A stretch of 64,000 nucleotides of DNA, from NCBI RefSeq assembly GCF_006345805.1, contig NC_042997.1, positions 9,114,001 through 9,178,000 on the forward strand, read 5' to 3'. Below, piece after piece: positions 63,286-64,000 of the stretch; positions within the stretch are counted from its first letter, which is position 1; each line of letters opens with the position of its first letter. Source of the DNA: Octopus sinensis (Eukaryota). Both the position numbers and the translations under genes were made by a program. Under the pieces are notes generated by a model, which was not told the DNA's origin, ran no database searches, and worked only from the letters and a program-made list of their open reading frames with translations.

Positions 63286-63698
63286 CTGATCAAACCTTCT
63301 GTTTTAAAAACTGAATGGACACATTAGATAAGTTAGTACTTGACACCAAGATTTAATGTTTAAAAAGAAGAGGGTATGATCATAGTTGGAATATATTAGT
63401 TCATAGATTTACATGCTCAGAAGTGACTTGTAGTAAAGCAACAAAGATATGATTCTAGACATGAGTAATAGTGCATCTTAATATCAAAGAATTTTGCCCA
63501 CTAACCTCTGCACAAACCCAGAGATGGCAGTCAACCCGGAGTGAAAATTAAGGAGAAGACCTGAAATTCTCTAGCAGCCAGAGCTGTGGGGCTGATGAGG
63601 CCAAAGATTGAAGATGATGATAAATTATCTGTGAATATATGTATGCATATGTGTGTGGCTTTGTATGTGTATGTGAGTTTGTGCATGCATGTGTGTGT

Positions 63699-63735
<37 letters not shown>

Positions 63736-64000
63736 TTCTTGTTTCTGAATAATTATACAATGATAGAAAAAGAAAATAATAAAGACGTGTTGTTGTTTTT
63801 CTTTCTTTTCTTCTTTTGTTCCATTTACTTCACAGCTTCCTCTGCAGTATATCAACATATTCTCTTGTTTTACACCAGATTTTTTTTTAAAATTCTATTA
63901 TTATTCCGAGCATATTCCTTCCTTCAACCAGCAACTGACAAAAATAAATACTAGCAAATAATATATTTTTCAAAAAAAAAAATTTAAAAAAAGCAAAATT

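Overview
AT-rich animal genomic DNA, saturated with microsatellites and transposon debris. The repeat families match what I recall of octopus (coleoid cephalopod) genomes; this is inference and no search was run. There is no intact protein-coding gene, true tRNA, rRNA or CRISPR array, and almost all ORF-track entries come from microsatellites or decayed TEs. The window is most likely a large intron or intergenic tract. Recognisable content: five Dong/R4-type (REL endonuclease) LINE fragments tied to (TAA)n repeats, three of them stacked at 9.7-15.9 kb; RTE LINE 3' fragments plus about a dozen RTE 3'UTR-only copies; CR1 and Penelope-like remnants; three mariner, one maT-like and one Tc1 remnant; a hAT element with an 8-bp TSD; three ~220-bp piggyBac-like MITEs; a Helentron-like element; many tRNA-derived SINEs with mix-and-match head and tail modules; a foldback element; and a minisatellite. 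A few short candidate exons and AG|GT recursive-splice-like sites are weakly supported. I found no clearly new biological system. The best leads are the (TAA)n-targeted element cluster with a possible non-autonomous partner, the SINE module shuffling, and several fold-back junctions. Family labels A-D, R and T0-T3 are my own working names.
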